Under the pieces are notes generated by a model that was not told where the DNA came from, searched no databases, and was given only the letters and a program-made list of their open reading frames with translations. A stretch of 64,000 nucleotides of DNA from Ranitomeya imitator (lineage: Eukaryota): assembly GCF_032444005.1 (NCBI RefSeq), contig NC_091283.1:29326001-29390000 (forward strand), given 5' to 3'. The translations under genes were made by a program, and so were the position numbers. Below are positions 36,430 to 48,595 of the stretch, piece by piece. How positions within the stretch are numbered: the first letter of the stretch is position 1; the number at the start of each line of letters is the position of its first letter.

Positions 36430-36624
36430 TTATATTGCCCTGCTCTATTAATAAAGTTTACTATTTGTCTCACTAAATTCTAACTCAGTAACTAATGACA
36501 TTTCTATTTATTGGGGTAATTCTAAAACATTATCAGCTCCCCAGAGATAACTCCACTGCTGCTCTGTCTCTTTATAACAGGAACCTCAGAAGTTCCTGTC
36601 ATTAAACTTTGAAGACAATATCTG

Positions 36625-36666
36625 CCTAGTAACAGATGGTGCGTTAACTGATTGCAATTCTATTGG
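36625..36666 (+). promoter_or_regulatory. MHC-type X1-X2-Y module (RFX / CREB / NF-Y)
   Basis: CCTAGTAACAGATG (1 mismatch to class II X1 CCTAGCAACAGATG), then TGCGTTA, then ATTGG starting 24 nt after X1. Confidence 0.65.
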
Positions 36667-36824
36667 CTGCAGCATCTAACATTGTCATTATCCAGAGACT
36701 TATCATATAATGTGTGATGTACAATAACAAATTGTATTGTGGTGCTGTGTTAGCCAGAAAAATCAATGTGAATACTTTTCTGCCCAATGATGACAGAAGT
36801 ATTCTAGGAGTGATATATATATAA

Positions 36825-38032
36825 CACTGGGGAACACAATTTTTTAAGAGTTAGGTCAGACAACTGTTCTTAATTAATTTTTGGATGCTGAATCCAGAAA
36901 TGATCTCAGTTTTTCTCTATCACGTCAAGTTTTTGAACTATAGGATTTTTGTCTTCTCAAAACTATGTAAACTACTGTACCTAAAAAGTGTTTGTTGTTT
37001 TAAAATAGTACAAATATGAACAAAAAATGAAATATATAAGAAATAGGTATGACAAAGTTGTGACTACTCTTACAAGTTGCCACGTAGCTCTATATGAGTC
37101 GAATTGTAATCAGATAACAAGTCTTATTACAGATATCAGTAGAATTGTGCTTCTCTGGCAGGTAAAGGTACCTTCACACATAACGATATCGTTAACGATA
37201 TCGTTGCTTTTTGTGACGTAGCAACGATATCGTTAAGGAAATCGCTATGTGTGACAGCGACCAACGATCAGGCCCCTGCTGGGAGATCGTTGGTCGCTGA
37301 ACAAAGTCCAGAACTTTATTTCGTTGCTGGATCTCCCGCGGACATCGCTGGATCGGCGTGTGTGACACCGATCCAGCGATGTCTTCACTGGTAACCAGGG
37401 TAAACATCGGGTAACTAAGCGCAGGGCCGCGCTTAGTAACCCGATGTTTACCCTGGTTACCATCCTAAAAGTAAAAAAAAACAAACACTTCATACTTACC
37501 TAACGCTGTCTGTCCCCCGGCGCTGTGCTCTGCTCTCCTCCTGCACTGGCTGTGAGCGTCGGTCAGCCGGAAAGCAGAGCGGTGACGTCACCGCTCTGCT
37601 TTCCGGCCGCTGTGCTCAGTCAGTGCAGGAGGAGAGCAGAGCACAGCGCTGGAGGACAGACGGCTGTAGGTAAGTATGTAGTGTTTGTTTTTTTTACTTT
37701 TAGGATGGTAACCAGGGTAAACATCGGGTTACTAAGCGCGGCCCTGCGCTTAGTTACCCGATGTTTACCCTGGTTACCGGCATTGTTGGTCGCTGGAGAG
37801 CTGTCTGTGTGACAGCTCTCCAGCGACCAAACAGCGACGCTGCAGCGATCCGGATCGTTGTCGGTATCGCTGCAGCGTCGCTTAATGTGAAGGGGCCTTA
37901 AGTTGTGTAGGAAAAACTTGACGTGCTAGAAAAAAAACTGACTACATTTTTGGAATCAGCATGCCAATTTTAGTATAAATCAGCTCAAAAACCTAACTCA
38001 ACAGAAATTTTTTTTCAAATTGTTCTCCTGTG
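36825..38032. mobile_element. Probable non-autonomous Tc1/mariner-type element hosting a MITE
   Basis: Imperfect TIR CACTGGGGAACACAATTT / AAATTGTTCTCCTGTG followed by TA. Confidence 0.4.
37166..37898. mobile_element. Harbinger-type MITE with internal hairpins
   Basis: TAA|AGGTACCTTCACA...TGTGAAGGGGCCT|TAA; two long internal palindromes (GTAACCAGGGTAAACATCGGG...CCCGATGTTTACCCTGGTTAC). Confidence 0.85.
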
Positions 38033-38363
38033 TAATGTGTGATAGGGGTGATGTATATAATGCATATAATGTGTGAGCATGCATAGTATAGGTGAGCATG
38101 CGCAGAATAGGGAAGGGGAGCAGGCACAGTATATACTTTTATATACCTTGTTGTTTTCTATACTATATTTGGATATATAATACTGTATGTGCATGCAATT
38201 CATCCAGGACTCTACAGTCAGACCCCAGTGATCAGTTGATAAAAGGCTTGTGCCAAGTTTGTAAGTTAATAACAGTGAAGTGCTTTGCGGAAGGGCAGAG
38301 AGGAACCTGAGGAGATTACTACCACAGTGAGGACCCTGCTGTGAAATACGATGGATCCCGTTA

Positions 38364-38692
38364 GGCTACGTTCACATTAGCGTTATGCTAGTTTGCGTCG
38401 GGTTTGCGTCGGACGACGCAGCGGCGACGCATGCGTCATGCGCCCCTATATTTAACATGGGGGACGCATGCGTTTTTGTTTGTTGCGTTGTGCGACGCAT
38501 GCGTCTTTTTTACCGCAAGCGTCGGACCAAGAAAACGCCACAAGTTGCATTTTTCTTGCGTCCAAATTTCGGCAAAAAACGACGCATGCGTCGCAAAACG
38601 CAGCGTTTTTGCGTGCGTTTTGGTGCGTTTTAGCGTGCGTTGTGCGTTGAATCGCCGACGCAGCGGCGCACAACGCTAATGTGAACGTAGCC
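38364..38692. mobile_element. PIF/Harbinger MITE
   Basis: TIR GGCTACGTTCACATTAGCGT / ACGCTAATGTGAACGTAGCC, TTA TSD on both sides. Confidence 0.88.
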
Positions 38693-38763
38693 TTACTGTC
38701 AATGGGCACAGATGGGCTCTCAAATGTGCATCAAATGAAAAATCCCTCACAAGTCCATTAAAC

Positions 38764-38819
38764 TGTAAAGCGCTGCGGAATATGTTGGCGCTATATAAAT
38801 AAAGATTATTATTATTATT
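38764..38819 (+). mobile_element. CR1/L2-type LINE 3' tail fragment
   Basis: TGTAAAGCGCTGCGG...ATAAATAAAG followed by (ATT)n. Confidence 0.5.
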
Positions 38820-39154
38820 TCCCATGACTTTGCTCCTGGAAACAGAAAAGTAATGTGTACACAGCCCTAGATGTGAGTTTTCATTATTTTATTGTCCCCA
38901 ATGTCTTGCTGTATGTAAAAAAGTAAGTGTCAGGCATAATTACACCTCCCAACCGTCCCAGATACAGCAGGACATTACTGAATTTGTAAATCTCTGCTGG
39001 GAGGTTGGGGTTCCAATTTCGAGTGTACCGAGTCCCCAGGATGATCAGTTTAGAAATTTTGTGGATATCATCTGCGCTGCTGTGAAAAATGAATGTCCAG
39101 GCGTAATGGAGATGAAGGATGACGGTTGACCAGTGGATCTGAGGCAGCTGTTAA

Positions 39155-42100
39155 CCCCTTTACCCCCAAGGGTGGTTTGCACGTTAATGACCGGGCCAAT
39201 TTTTACAATTCTGACCACTGTCCCTTTATGAGGTTATAACTCTGGAACGATTCAACGGATCCCAGTGAATCTGACATTGTTTTCTCGTGACATATTGTAC
39301 TTCATGACAATGGTAAAAATTCTTTGATAGTACCTGCATTTATTTGTGAAAAAAGCGGAAATTTGGCGAAAATTATGAAAATTTTGCAATTTTCCAACTT
39401 TGAATTTTTATGCAATTAAATCACAGAGATATGTCACATAAAATACTTAATAAGTAACATTTCCCACATGTCTACTTTACATCAGCACAATTTTGGAACC
39501 AAAATTTTTTTTGTTAGGGAGTTATAAGGGTGAAAAGTTGACCAGCAATTTCTCATTTCTACAACACCATTTTTTTTTAGGGACCACATCTCATTTGAAG
39601 TCATTTTGAGGGGTCTATATGATAGAAAATACCCACGTGTGACACCATTCTAAAAACTACACCCCTCAAGGTGCTCAAAACCACATTCAAGAAGTTTATT
39701 AACCCTTCTGGTGCTTCACAGGAATTTTTGGAATGTTTAAATAAAAATGAACATTTAACTTTTTTTCACAAAAAATTTAATTCAGCTCCAATTTGTTTTA
39801 TTTTACCAAGGGTAACAGGAGAAAATGGACCGCAAACATTGTTGTACAATTTGTCCTGAGTACGCCAATACCCCACATGTGGGGGTAAACCACTGTTTGG
39901 GCGCATGGCACAGCTCGGAAGCGAAGGAGCGCCATTTGACTTTTCAATGCAAAATTGACTGGAATTGAGATGGGACGCCATGTTTCGTTTGGAGAGCCCC
40001 TGATGTGCCTAAACATTGAAACCCCCCAAAAGTGACACCATTTTGGAAAGTAGACCCCCTAAGGAACTTATCTAGAGGTGTGGTGAGCTCTTTGACCCAC
40101 CAAGTGCTTCACAGAAGTTTATAATGTAGAACCGTAAAAATAAAAAATCATATTTTTTCACAAAAATTATCTTTTCGCCCCCAATTTTTTATTTTTCCAA
40201 GGGTAAGAGAAGAAATTGGACCCCAAAAGTTGTTGTACAATTTGTCCTGAGTAAGCTGATACCCCATGTGTGGGGGTAAACCACTGTTTGGGCGGATGGG
40301 AGAGCTCGGAAGGGAAGGAGCGCCGTTTGACTTTTCAATGCAAAATTGACAGGAATTGAGATGGGATGCCATGTTGCGTTTGGAGAGCCACTGATGTGCC
40401 TAAACATTGAAACCCCCCACAAGTGACACCATTTTGGAAAGTAGACCCCCTAAGGAACTTATCTAGAGGTGTGGTGAGCACTTTGACCCACCCAGTGCTT
40501 CACAGAAGTTTATAATGCAGAACCGTAAAAATAAAAAATCATATTTTTTCACAAAAATTATCTTTTTGCCCCCAATTTTTTATTTTTCCAAGGGTAAGAG
40601 AAGAAATTGGACCCCAAAAGTTGTTGTACAATTTGTCCTGAGTACGCTGATACCCCATATGTGGGGGTAAACCACTGTTTGGGCGGATGGGAGAGCTCGG
40701 AAAGGAAGGAGCGCCGTTTGACTTTTCAATGCAAAATTGACAGGAATTGAGATGAGACGCCATGTTGCGTTTGCAGAGCCCCTAATGTACCTAAATAGTA
40801 GAAACCCCTCACAAGTGACACCATTATGGAAAGTAGACCCCCTAAGGAACTTATCTAGATGTGTGGTGAGCGCTTTGACCCACCAAGGGCTTCACAGAAG
40901 TTTATAATGGAGAGCCGTAAAAATAAAACAAAAATTTTTTTCCGCAAAAATTATTTTTTAGCCCCCAGTTTTGTATTTTCCCGAGGGTAAAAGGAGAAAT
41001 TGGACCCCAAAATTTGTTGTCCAATTTGTCCTGAGTGCGCTGATACCCCATATGTGGGGGGGAACCACTGTTTGGGCGCATGGGAGGGGTCGGAAGGGAA
41101 GGAGCTCCATTTGAATGCAGACTTACATGGAATGGTCTGCAGGTGTCACATTGCGTTTGCAGAGCCCCTAATGTACCTAAACAGTAGAAACCCCCCACAA
41201 GTGACACCATTTTGGAAAGTAGACCCCCTAAGGAACTTATCTAGATGTGTGGTGAGCGCTTTGACCCACCAAGGGCTTCACAGAAGTTTATAATGGAGAG
41301 CCGTAAAAATAAAACAAAAACATTTCCCACAAAAATTATTTTTTAGCCCCCAGTTTTGTATTTTCCCGAGGGTAAAAGGAGAAATTGGACCCCAAAATTT
41401 GTTGTCCAATTTGTCCTGAGTGCGCTGATACCCCATATGTGGGGGGGAACCACTGTTTGGGCGTATGGGAGGGGTCGGAAGGGAAGGAGCTCCATTTGGA
41501 ATGCAGACTTAGATGGAATGGTCTGCAGGTGTCACATTGCATTTGCAGAGCCCCTAATGTACCTAAACAGTAGAAACCCCCCACAAGTGACACCATTTTG
41601 GAAACTAGACCCCTAAGGAACTCATATAGATGTGTTGTGAGAGCTTTGAACCCCCAAGTGTTTCACTACAGTTTGTAACGCAGAGCCGTAAAAATAAAAA
41701 ATCTTTTTTTTCCCACAAAAATTATTTTTTAGCCCCCAGTTTTGTATTTTCCCAAGAGTAACAGGAGAAATTGGACCCCAACAGTTGTTGTCCTATTTGT
41801 CCTGAGTACACTGATACCCCATATGTTGGGGTAAACCCCTGTTTGGGCACACGGGCGAGCTCGGAAGGGAAGAAGCACTGTTTTACTTTTTCAACGCAGA
41901 ATTGGCTGGAATTGAGATCGGACGCCATGTCGCTTTTGGAGAGCCCCTGATGTGCCTAAACAGTGGAAACCCCCCAATTATAACTGAAACCCTAATCCAA
42001 ACACTCCCCTAACCCTAATTCCAACGGTAACCCTATTCACACCTCTAACCCTTACACACCCCTAACCCTAATCCCAACCCTATTCCCAACTGTAAATGTA

Positions 42101-43774
42101 ATCTAAACCCTAACTGTAACTTTAGCCCCAANNNNNNNNNNNNNNNNNNNNNNNNNNNNNNNNNNNNNNNNNNNNNNNNNNNNNNNNNNNNNNNNNNNNN
42201 NNNNNNNNNNNNNNNNNNNNNNNNNNNNNNNNNNNNNNNNNNNNNNNNNNNNNNNNNNNNNNNNNNNNNNNNNNNNNNNNNNNNNNNNNNNNNNNNNNNN
42301 NNNNNNNNNAATGGGAAAATGGAAATAAATACATTTTTTTTCCCTATCTAAGGGGGTGATGAAGGGGGGTTTGATTTACTTTTATAGCGGGTTTTTTAGC
42401 GGATTTTTATGATTGGCAGCCGTCACACACTGAAAGACGCTTTTTATTGCAAAAAATATTTTTTGCGTTACCACATTTTGAGAGCTATAATTTTTCCATA
42501 TTTTGGTCCACAGAGTCATGTGAGGTCCTGTTTTTTGCGGGACGAGTTGACGTTTTTATTGGTAACATTTTCAGGCACGTGACATTTTTTGATCACTTTT
42601 TATTCCGATTTTTGTGAGACAGAATGACCAAAAACCAGCTATTCATGAATTTCTTTTGGGGGAGGCGTTTATACCGTTCCGCGTTTGGTAAAATTGATAA
42701 AGCAGTTTTATTCTTCGGGTCAGTACGATTACAGCGACACCTCATTTATATCATTTTTTTATGTTTTGGCGCTTTTATACGATAAAAACTATTTTATAGA
42801 AAAAATAATTATTTTGGCATCGCTTTATTCTCAGGACTATAACTTTTTTATTTTTTTGCTGATGATGCTGAATGGCAGCTCGTTTTTTGCGGGACAAGAT
42901 GACGCTTTCAGCAGTACCATGGTTATTTATATCTGTCTTTTTGATCGCGTGTTATTCCACTTTTTGTTCGGCGGTATGATAATAAAGCGTCGTTTTTTGC
43001 CTCGCTTTTTTTTTTTTTTCTTACGGTGTTTACTGAAGGGGTTAACTAGTGGGCCAGTTTTATAGGTTGGGTCGTTACGGACGCGGTGATACTAAATATG
43101 TGTACTTTTATTGTTTTTTTTTATTTATTTAGATAAAGAAATGTATTTATGGGAATAATATTTTTTTTTTTTCATTATTTAGGAATATTTTTTTTATTTT
43201 TTTTTACACATTTGGAAATTTTTTTTTTTACTTTTTTACTTTGTCCCAGGGGGGGACATCATAGATCAGTGATCTGACAGTTTGCACAGCACTCTGTCAG
43301 ATCACTGATCTGACATGCAGCACCTCAGGCTTCACAGTGCCTGCTCTGAGCAGGCTCTGTGAAGCCACCTCCCTCCCTGCAGGACCCGGATCCGCGGCCA
43401 TCTTGGATCCGGGACCTGGAGCAGGGAGGGAGGGCGGTAAGACCCTCGCAGCAACGCGATCACATCGCTTTGCTGCGGGGGGCTCAGGGAAGCCCGCAGG
43501 GAGCCCCCTCCCTGCGCGGTGCTTCCCTGCACCGCCGGCACATCGCGATCATCTTTGATCACGGTGTGCCAGGGGTTAATGTGCCGGGGGCGGTCCGTGA
43601 CCGCTCCTGGCACATAGTGCCGGATGTCAGCTGCGATAGGCAGCTGACACCCGGCCGCGATCGGCGGCGCTCCCCCCGTGAGCGCCGCCGATCGCGCTGG
43701 ACGTACTATCCCGTCCATGGTCATGGGGGCCCACCCCACATGGACGGGATAGTACGTCCGATGTCAGAAAGGGG
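39155..43774. mobile_element. Second non-autonomous TTAA-flanked (piggyBac-like) element
   Basis: TTAA|CCCCTTT...AAAGGGG|TTAA. Internal ~390-bp tandem array (about 39600-41980) homologous to that in 17945-23128. Telomere-like tract at about 41985-42131. Confidence 0.8.
42132..42309. other. Assembly gap (N run)
   Basis: Run of Ns. Confidence 1.
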
Positions 43775-43864
43775 TTAAACTCTGTTGAGTTCTTATGCTA
43801 TATTCTTGGAAACACTGGGTGAGTGCAATCTCATTGTATATCTCAAAATCTCCATCGATAAGAC

Positions 43865-44170
43865 TAGTGATGATCGAGTGTACTCGTTGCTCAGGTTTTC
43901 CCGAGCAAGCTCGGGTGGTCTCCAAGTATTTGTAACTGCTCGGAGATTTAGTTTTTGTTGCCTCAGCTGTATGATTTACAACTGATAGATAGCTTGAATA
44001 CATGTGGGGATTCCCTAGCAACCAGGCAACCCCCACATGTACTCAGGCTGGCTAGCAGCTGTAAATCATGCAGCTGTTTCAACAAAAACTAAATCTCAGT
44101 TACAAATACTCTGAGACCACCCGAGCACGCGCGGGAAAACCCGAGCAACGAGTATACTCGCTCATCACTA
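43865..44170. mobile_element. hAT-type MITE
   Basis: TIR TAGTGATGATCGAGTGTACTCG / CGAGTATACTCGCTCATCACTA; 8-bp TSD GATAAGAC. Confidence 0.9.
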
Positions 44171-44542
44171 GATAAGACCCTATTGCGCTTTTCTTTCCTG
44201 CAGTATCTTTGAGTCCCCAGGATGCAGATACAGTTGAACATAAGTGCACAGATGGCCGTATGACTAGGACCGGGATCATAACGCAATGCTCAGACTGACC
44301 GGCGGCTCTCCGAACCCGAGTCATGCACTCTAATGGTGGAGGAGGAAAGCGTCAGCTCTCTGCTCCACAATTTGATCTGTGTGTCTGAGTTTCGGCACAG
44401 CAGGCACAGTGATGTCAGTACACCGTTCCGGCTTTGGGAGGAGAATACAACACAGACCGCAGCAGCTTATCATGGGAAGGGGACTAAGTGCATCGGGGGC
44501 ATGTCAATGCACTTGAAATATGAAGATTATGTGGATTGACAC

Positions 44543-45294
44543 TGTGACGGGGTATGTGACAGAGCAGAAAGAGGCACCAGGCCGACAAACAATCCAACAA
44601 GATTTATTAGAACAGGGAACTGGCACAACACAAATGAAAGTAATCCTGTAGCATCCTCAATGAGTCCACACTGAGTCCACACAAAGGGAACAGATCTGGG
44701 GGCGCCACCCGGCAATCCGACACCAGGGAAATAGAAATAGTCCTTGAGTGAATTCAATGGCTCCAGCAGATGAGGGCCACAACACAGTCCAAAGTGGCAG
44801 CTTTTAACCCTCCACACACTGGCACCAGGATCTCGCCTCAGCATAAGATCCCAGCCCTTCCCAAGTCACCACACAACTACAGTCTTCAGATTCAGTCCTT
44901 AAATCCAGTAGGGTGACCTCACAATTCCATATGGCAAAATGATCTCCAATCTCCATGCATGATACCAGCATCCAGCTGCAGCTGCAGATCCTTGTCCTTC
45001 AAAGCACACAGCATCAACTAACAGAAGATGTGGCTTGTTGTCCTACCACTCTTAGTATCTCTGCCCAACAAAGGGGCTGATCTCAACACCCACCCCCTTA
45101 AACATAGCTCCAAGGAATAAGAAAGTTCCAGAAACCCTGTCTGCAGTCTCTCTACAGGTTTGTGTATTGGAGATGCCCCCTGCAGAGGGGAACAAAGACA
45201 AGCATGCCCCCACCAGATACAGGGCAAGGAATGCTAATGTAAGCCTGATTACAGTATGGTCCATGTGTACAGGCTGGGGTGTCACTCTGTTACA
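44543..45294 (-). mobile_element. Solo LTR (752 bp)
   Basis: TGTGAC...GTTACA termini, 5-bp TSD GACAC, AATAAA on - at 44608-44603. Confidence 0.85.
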
Positions 45295-45841
45295 GACACG
45301 TCCCCACTTGCACTTTCAGCCTGACCTGCATATGGCTTCTACGTCAGATTTCTCATGACCGGCACATTGAATCTATGCAGAAAAAAAAATAATCCATATG
45401 TAGGATGGTGATGAAACATTTAGGAATCCTTCGCTCATTCGCCTTTTTCATGTTAAAAAATGTAATAAATAATAATTGTGTTTTTTATTCTGTAACATTA
45501 TATAGAAGCGTCTTCCCTGTTCTCTTTTAAATCCTCTAAAACAGCCGGTGAACATGAAAAACAAAAACAAAAACAAAAAAACACGCCATACCAAGAGAAT
45601 GCTGAGCTTCAGCTGAAAAATAAAATGTGAGAAGTCATATTTGTGATTGCATTATTTCTAAATGTAAATTTTTGCTGTGAACATTTAGACATTGGAGTCC
45701 TTGGTCATGAAAGGGTAACGGAGCTAAGTAAATTACCGCGAACCATGAAGTAAACCTAGATGAGTTCTTTCAGATTTGTGCTTCGATGAACAGTCAATAC
45801 GAGACTAAAGAGGAGGAGGAGAGTAGGATCATGTGCGACAC

Positions 45842-45854
45842 TTTCAGTTTCATT
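45842..45854. promoter_or_regulatory. ISRE/IRF-E in the PSMB8 promoter
   Basis: TTTCAGTTTCATT (reverse AATGAAACTGAAA, GAAANNGAAA consensus) about 135 bp upstream of the ATG; CRE-like GACGTCA nearby. Confidence 0.7.
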
Positions 45855-45988
45855 CAGACAGAAGACGTCAGGAAAAAACAAGAGGAAGAGAAAATTATAT
45901 AAAATAAAGAGAAAATAAACAGAGAAGAGTAGATCCGGGGGATCAGAAGACTAAGGATCGCGTTTCTGGGTCGACTCTTCTCCTTGGT

Positions 45989-46120
45989 ATGGCTCTTCTG
46001 AGTTTTTGTGGGTTGTCTGGGCATGAGGACTGGAGACTGCCCCTCTACGGTGGCAAAATTTCACCCACAGTCTCCTTTAAACCATATAACACTGAACTGA
46101 TGGTGCCGCCCGGATGCCAG
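45989..46120 (+). CDS. PSMB8: PSMB8 exon 1 (propeptide)
   Basis: MALLSFCG...ELMVPPGCQ then GT donor; phase 0. Confidence 0.88.
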
Positions 46121-47535
46121 GTACAGATATTTACTTATTGTATCACATTTCTCATTGGTATATATCATATAATATATATATATATATATTAATCATATAA
46201 TAATTAATATATAATATATTACGCATGGCATTACAGCAGCTTGAAGTATGTTTCTGTTAAGCAGATGTGGCAAAATTAACCAGTATGGGATCTACTTTTT
46301 GTCTGTGATGATGTGCAGCTCCAGTCACCTGACCGCTGCAGCCAGTCACAGGTGTCATTGATCAGCTGACCATAGTTCAGTGTCATCAGTTCCTGTCCCA
46401 CCTTAGACCCCTGGAGAGGCCTGCTTGGAGCCAACATGGCTGGAGTGGGGGAGTATCCATCATTTTATTTTTTTAACCATCCTTTGCTGCTGTATTTTTT
46501 TAAGGTGGGCAGTTACTTTAGAAACGGTTATATAGGTGGGAGTCTGACTCTCGGGGTCCCTGCTGATCAGTTGTTTGAAAAGGATGCAGCACTTGTACGA
46601 CACATAGAAGTGGTAACGTCACAACTACAACACATGTACCTGCTGCAGACCATCAATGTTTTCAGCGCCTTGTGCCGTTGAACCAAGAAACTGGCTGCAT
46701 CAGTCACGTGTGCTGTAGTTATAACATCACCACTGCAGCCTGTCAACAAAAACCATTAGAGATGCAGTGCTGGATTACAGGGGGTGAGTATTGGTGTTTT
46801 TTTGCATCTGCAATTATATAATAAAATTAATATTTCCCCAATATTCACTTCAAGGAGATCAATCTGGAGTGCAGAAACTCATGGGGAAAAGTAGGCATAT
46901 TCCCTCTCTTCCAGGAGGAAAATACAGACATCCTAGTTATGAAAAGGCCTTTGAGCTGAGTCAAATCCTTCTCATCCAGCCATCGAGTACCCTCCTCTAC
47001 GGACAAGATGGATTTCTGGCTTAGCTACAGATAGGTTCCTGGCTTAGCTACAAATGGGTTTTGGGCTTGGTTCCAGATGGGTTTGTGGCTTAGCTCCAGA
47101 TGGGTTTGTGGCTTGGCTACAGATCCGTTTCTTGTTTGGCCAATATCCTTAGTCATGTTGCAAAGTTTGGTAAAGGGTCAGATAACTTGTAGAATAGCAA
47201 TCTCCAATGGATAGTACAAGAGTGTGAGAGAAAAAAAGCTATGGAGAACTCTTGCACTTTGCCTTTACAGTAGTTTTGGTAAATATTGATTGTGACCGTC
47301 CTTCACAAATGAAGGCCAAAAATAAGGCAACATGGACTGTATATTGGCCCAGGTGGTTCATGTACTCTAGACTATATTTTCTCAACCCATCGGGTAGATG
47401 ACATGTCTCTAAGTGGTATCTATGCTTCACAGTGTCAGATCATAACATCAGAGGTATGTAATTTATTTCAGTAGGAACATCGAGAAACACAAATCCAGAC
47501 CATGTGAACCTCATGATTTATACTATTGTTCTCAG

Positions 47536-47680
47536 CCTGCAGCATTTCTCCATCATCTGGAGGAAGGGGTGGATGGCGTGAAACTAGAGCCATGGCACGG
47601 GACCACCACGTTGGCCTTCAAATTTCAGCATGGAGTGATTGTGGCGGTGGATTCGCGTGCATCGGCGGGACAGTATATCT
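47536..47680 (+). CDS. PSMB8: PSMB8 exon 2 (contains catalytic Thr1)
   Basis: AG/GT bounded; [48 protein letters not shown]. Confidence 0.98.
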
Positions 47681-47796
47681 GTGAGTGGTTGCTAAATACC
47701 TTTTACATTAGAATCTAATTTCCAAGTGATTTAGTATTAGGTTTGGGTGACTGATTACTTCCATATAATGATTCCCATGCATTATTTTCCCCACAG

Positions 47797-47908
47797 CTAC
47801 ACTGAAGTTTAACAAAGTGATTGAGATAAACCCGTATCTGCTGGGCACCATGTCCGGGAGTGCGGCAGACTGCCAGTACTGGGAACGGCTTCTCGCCAAG
47901 GAGTGCAG
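47797..47908 (+). CDS. PSMB8: PSMB8 exon 3
   Basis: 112 bp; [38 protein letters not shown]. Confidence 0.98.
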
Positions 47909-48595
47909 GTGTGTTATATAATACCCATAACTGAATTAGTGCGGCTTCACACTCTATATTAGTGAGTATGATTATGGAACCGTGCAATGCAGTGACCGTG
48001 TCCAAAAAATAAAAACCTTTATTTCCATTTCCCTACTCATACTTGTAAGGGGGTCCTTTCATAAGTAAAGAATTTAGGAAGTTTGGACCTAACAGTGCAG
48101 ATTCCCTTCCCTAAAAACGACGCAACACTGTCTATGGACCATTGACAAACTTTACTCATTCTCGAGGACCAATCAGTGGAACAAATCCTTAACTCTTTTC
48201 TTCAGTCTCAGGTCCACACTTGACGGTCTCAACACGCATCAGTCACATTTCCTTTACACCTCAGACCTTTGTCTCCTATAGTGACACATTAATCACTCGC
48301 AGTACAAACGCTCTCTGACCTTGACTTTGCAAAATTAATTTGCAACATACTGATCATCATATGGTTACCAAATTTTTAGTTTATTCCTTCTTAGACTTTC
48401 ATGGTGGAAATATCTCCATCCAGACTTTAACCACAGGTGGTGGGGCTACAGAAATGGCTACTCTGTGTTCATAGGTCCCATTCATTTCTATAGCGGTTAC
48501 AGAGACAGTGTTTCCAGCCGATCTTAGCTGTTCTTGTAAATCCATCTCCAGTGGTCGATGCCTGGGCTTATTCCAGTCATAAATCAAATACAACA

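Noticed and set aside
36700-36820. MHC class II or class I leader exon after the X-Y module
   Set aside because: Candidate ATGs give early stops or lack a hydrophobic core, and no matching alpha1/beta1 exon was found downstream.
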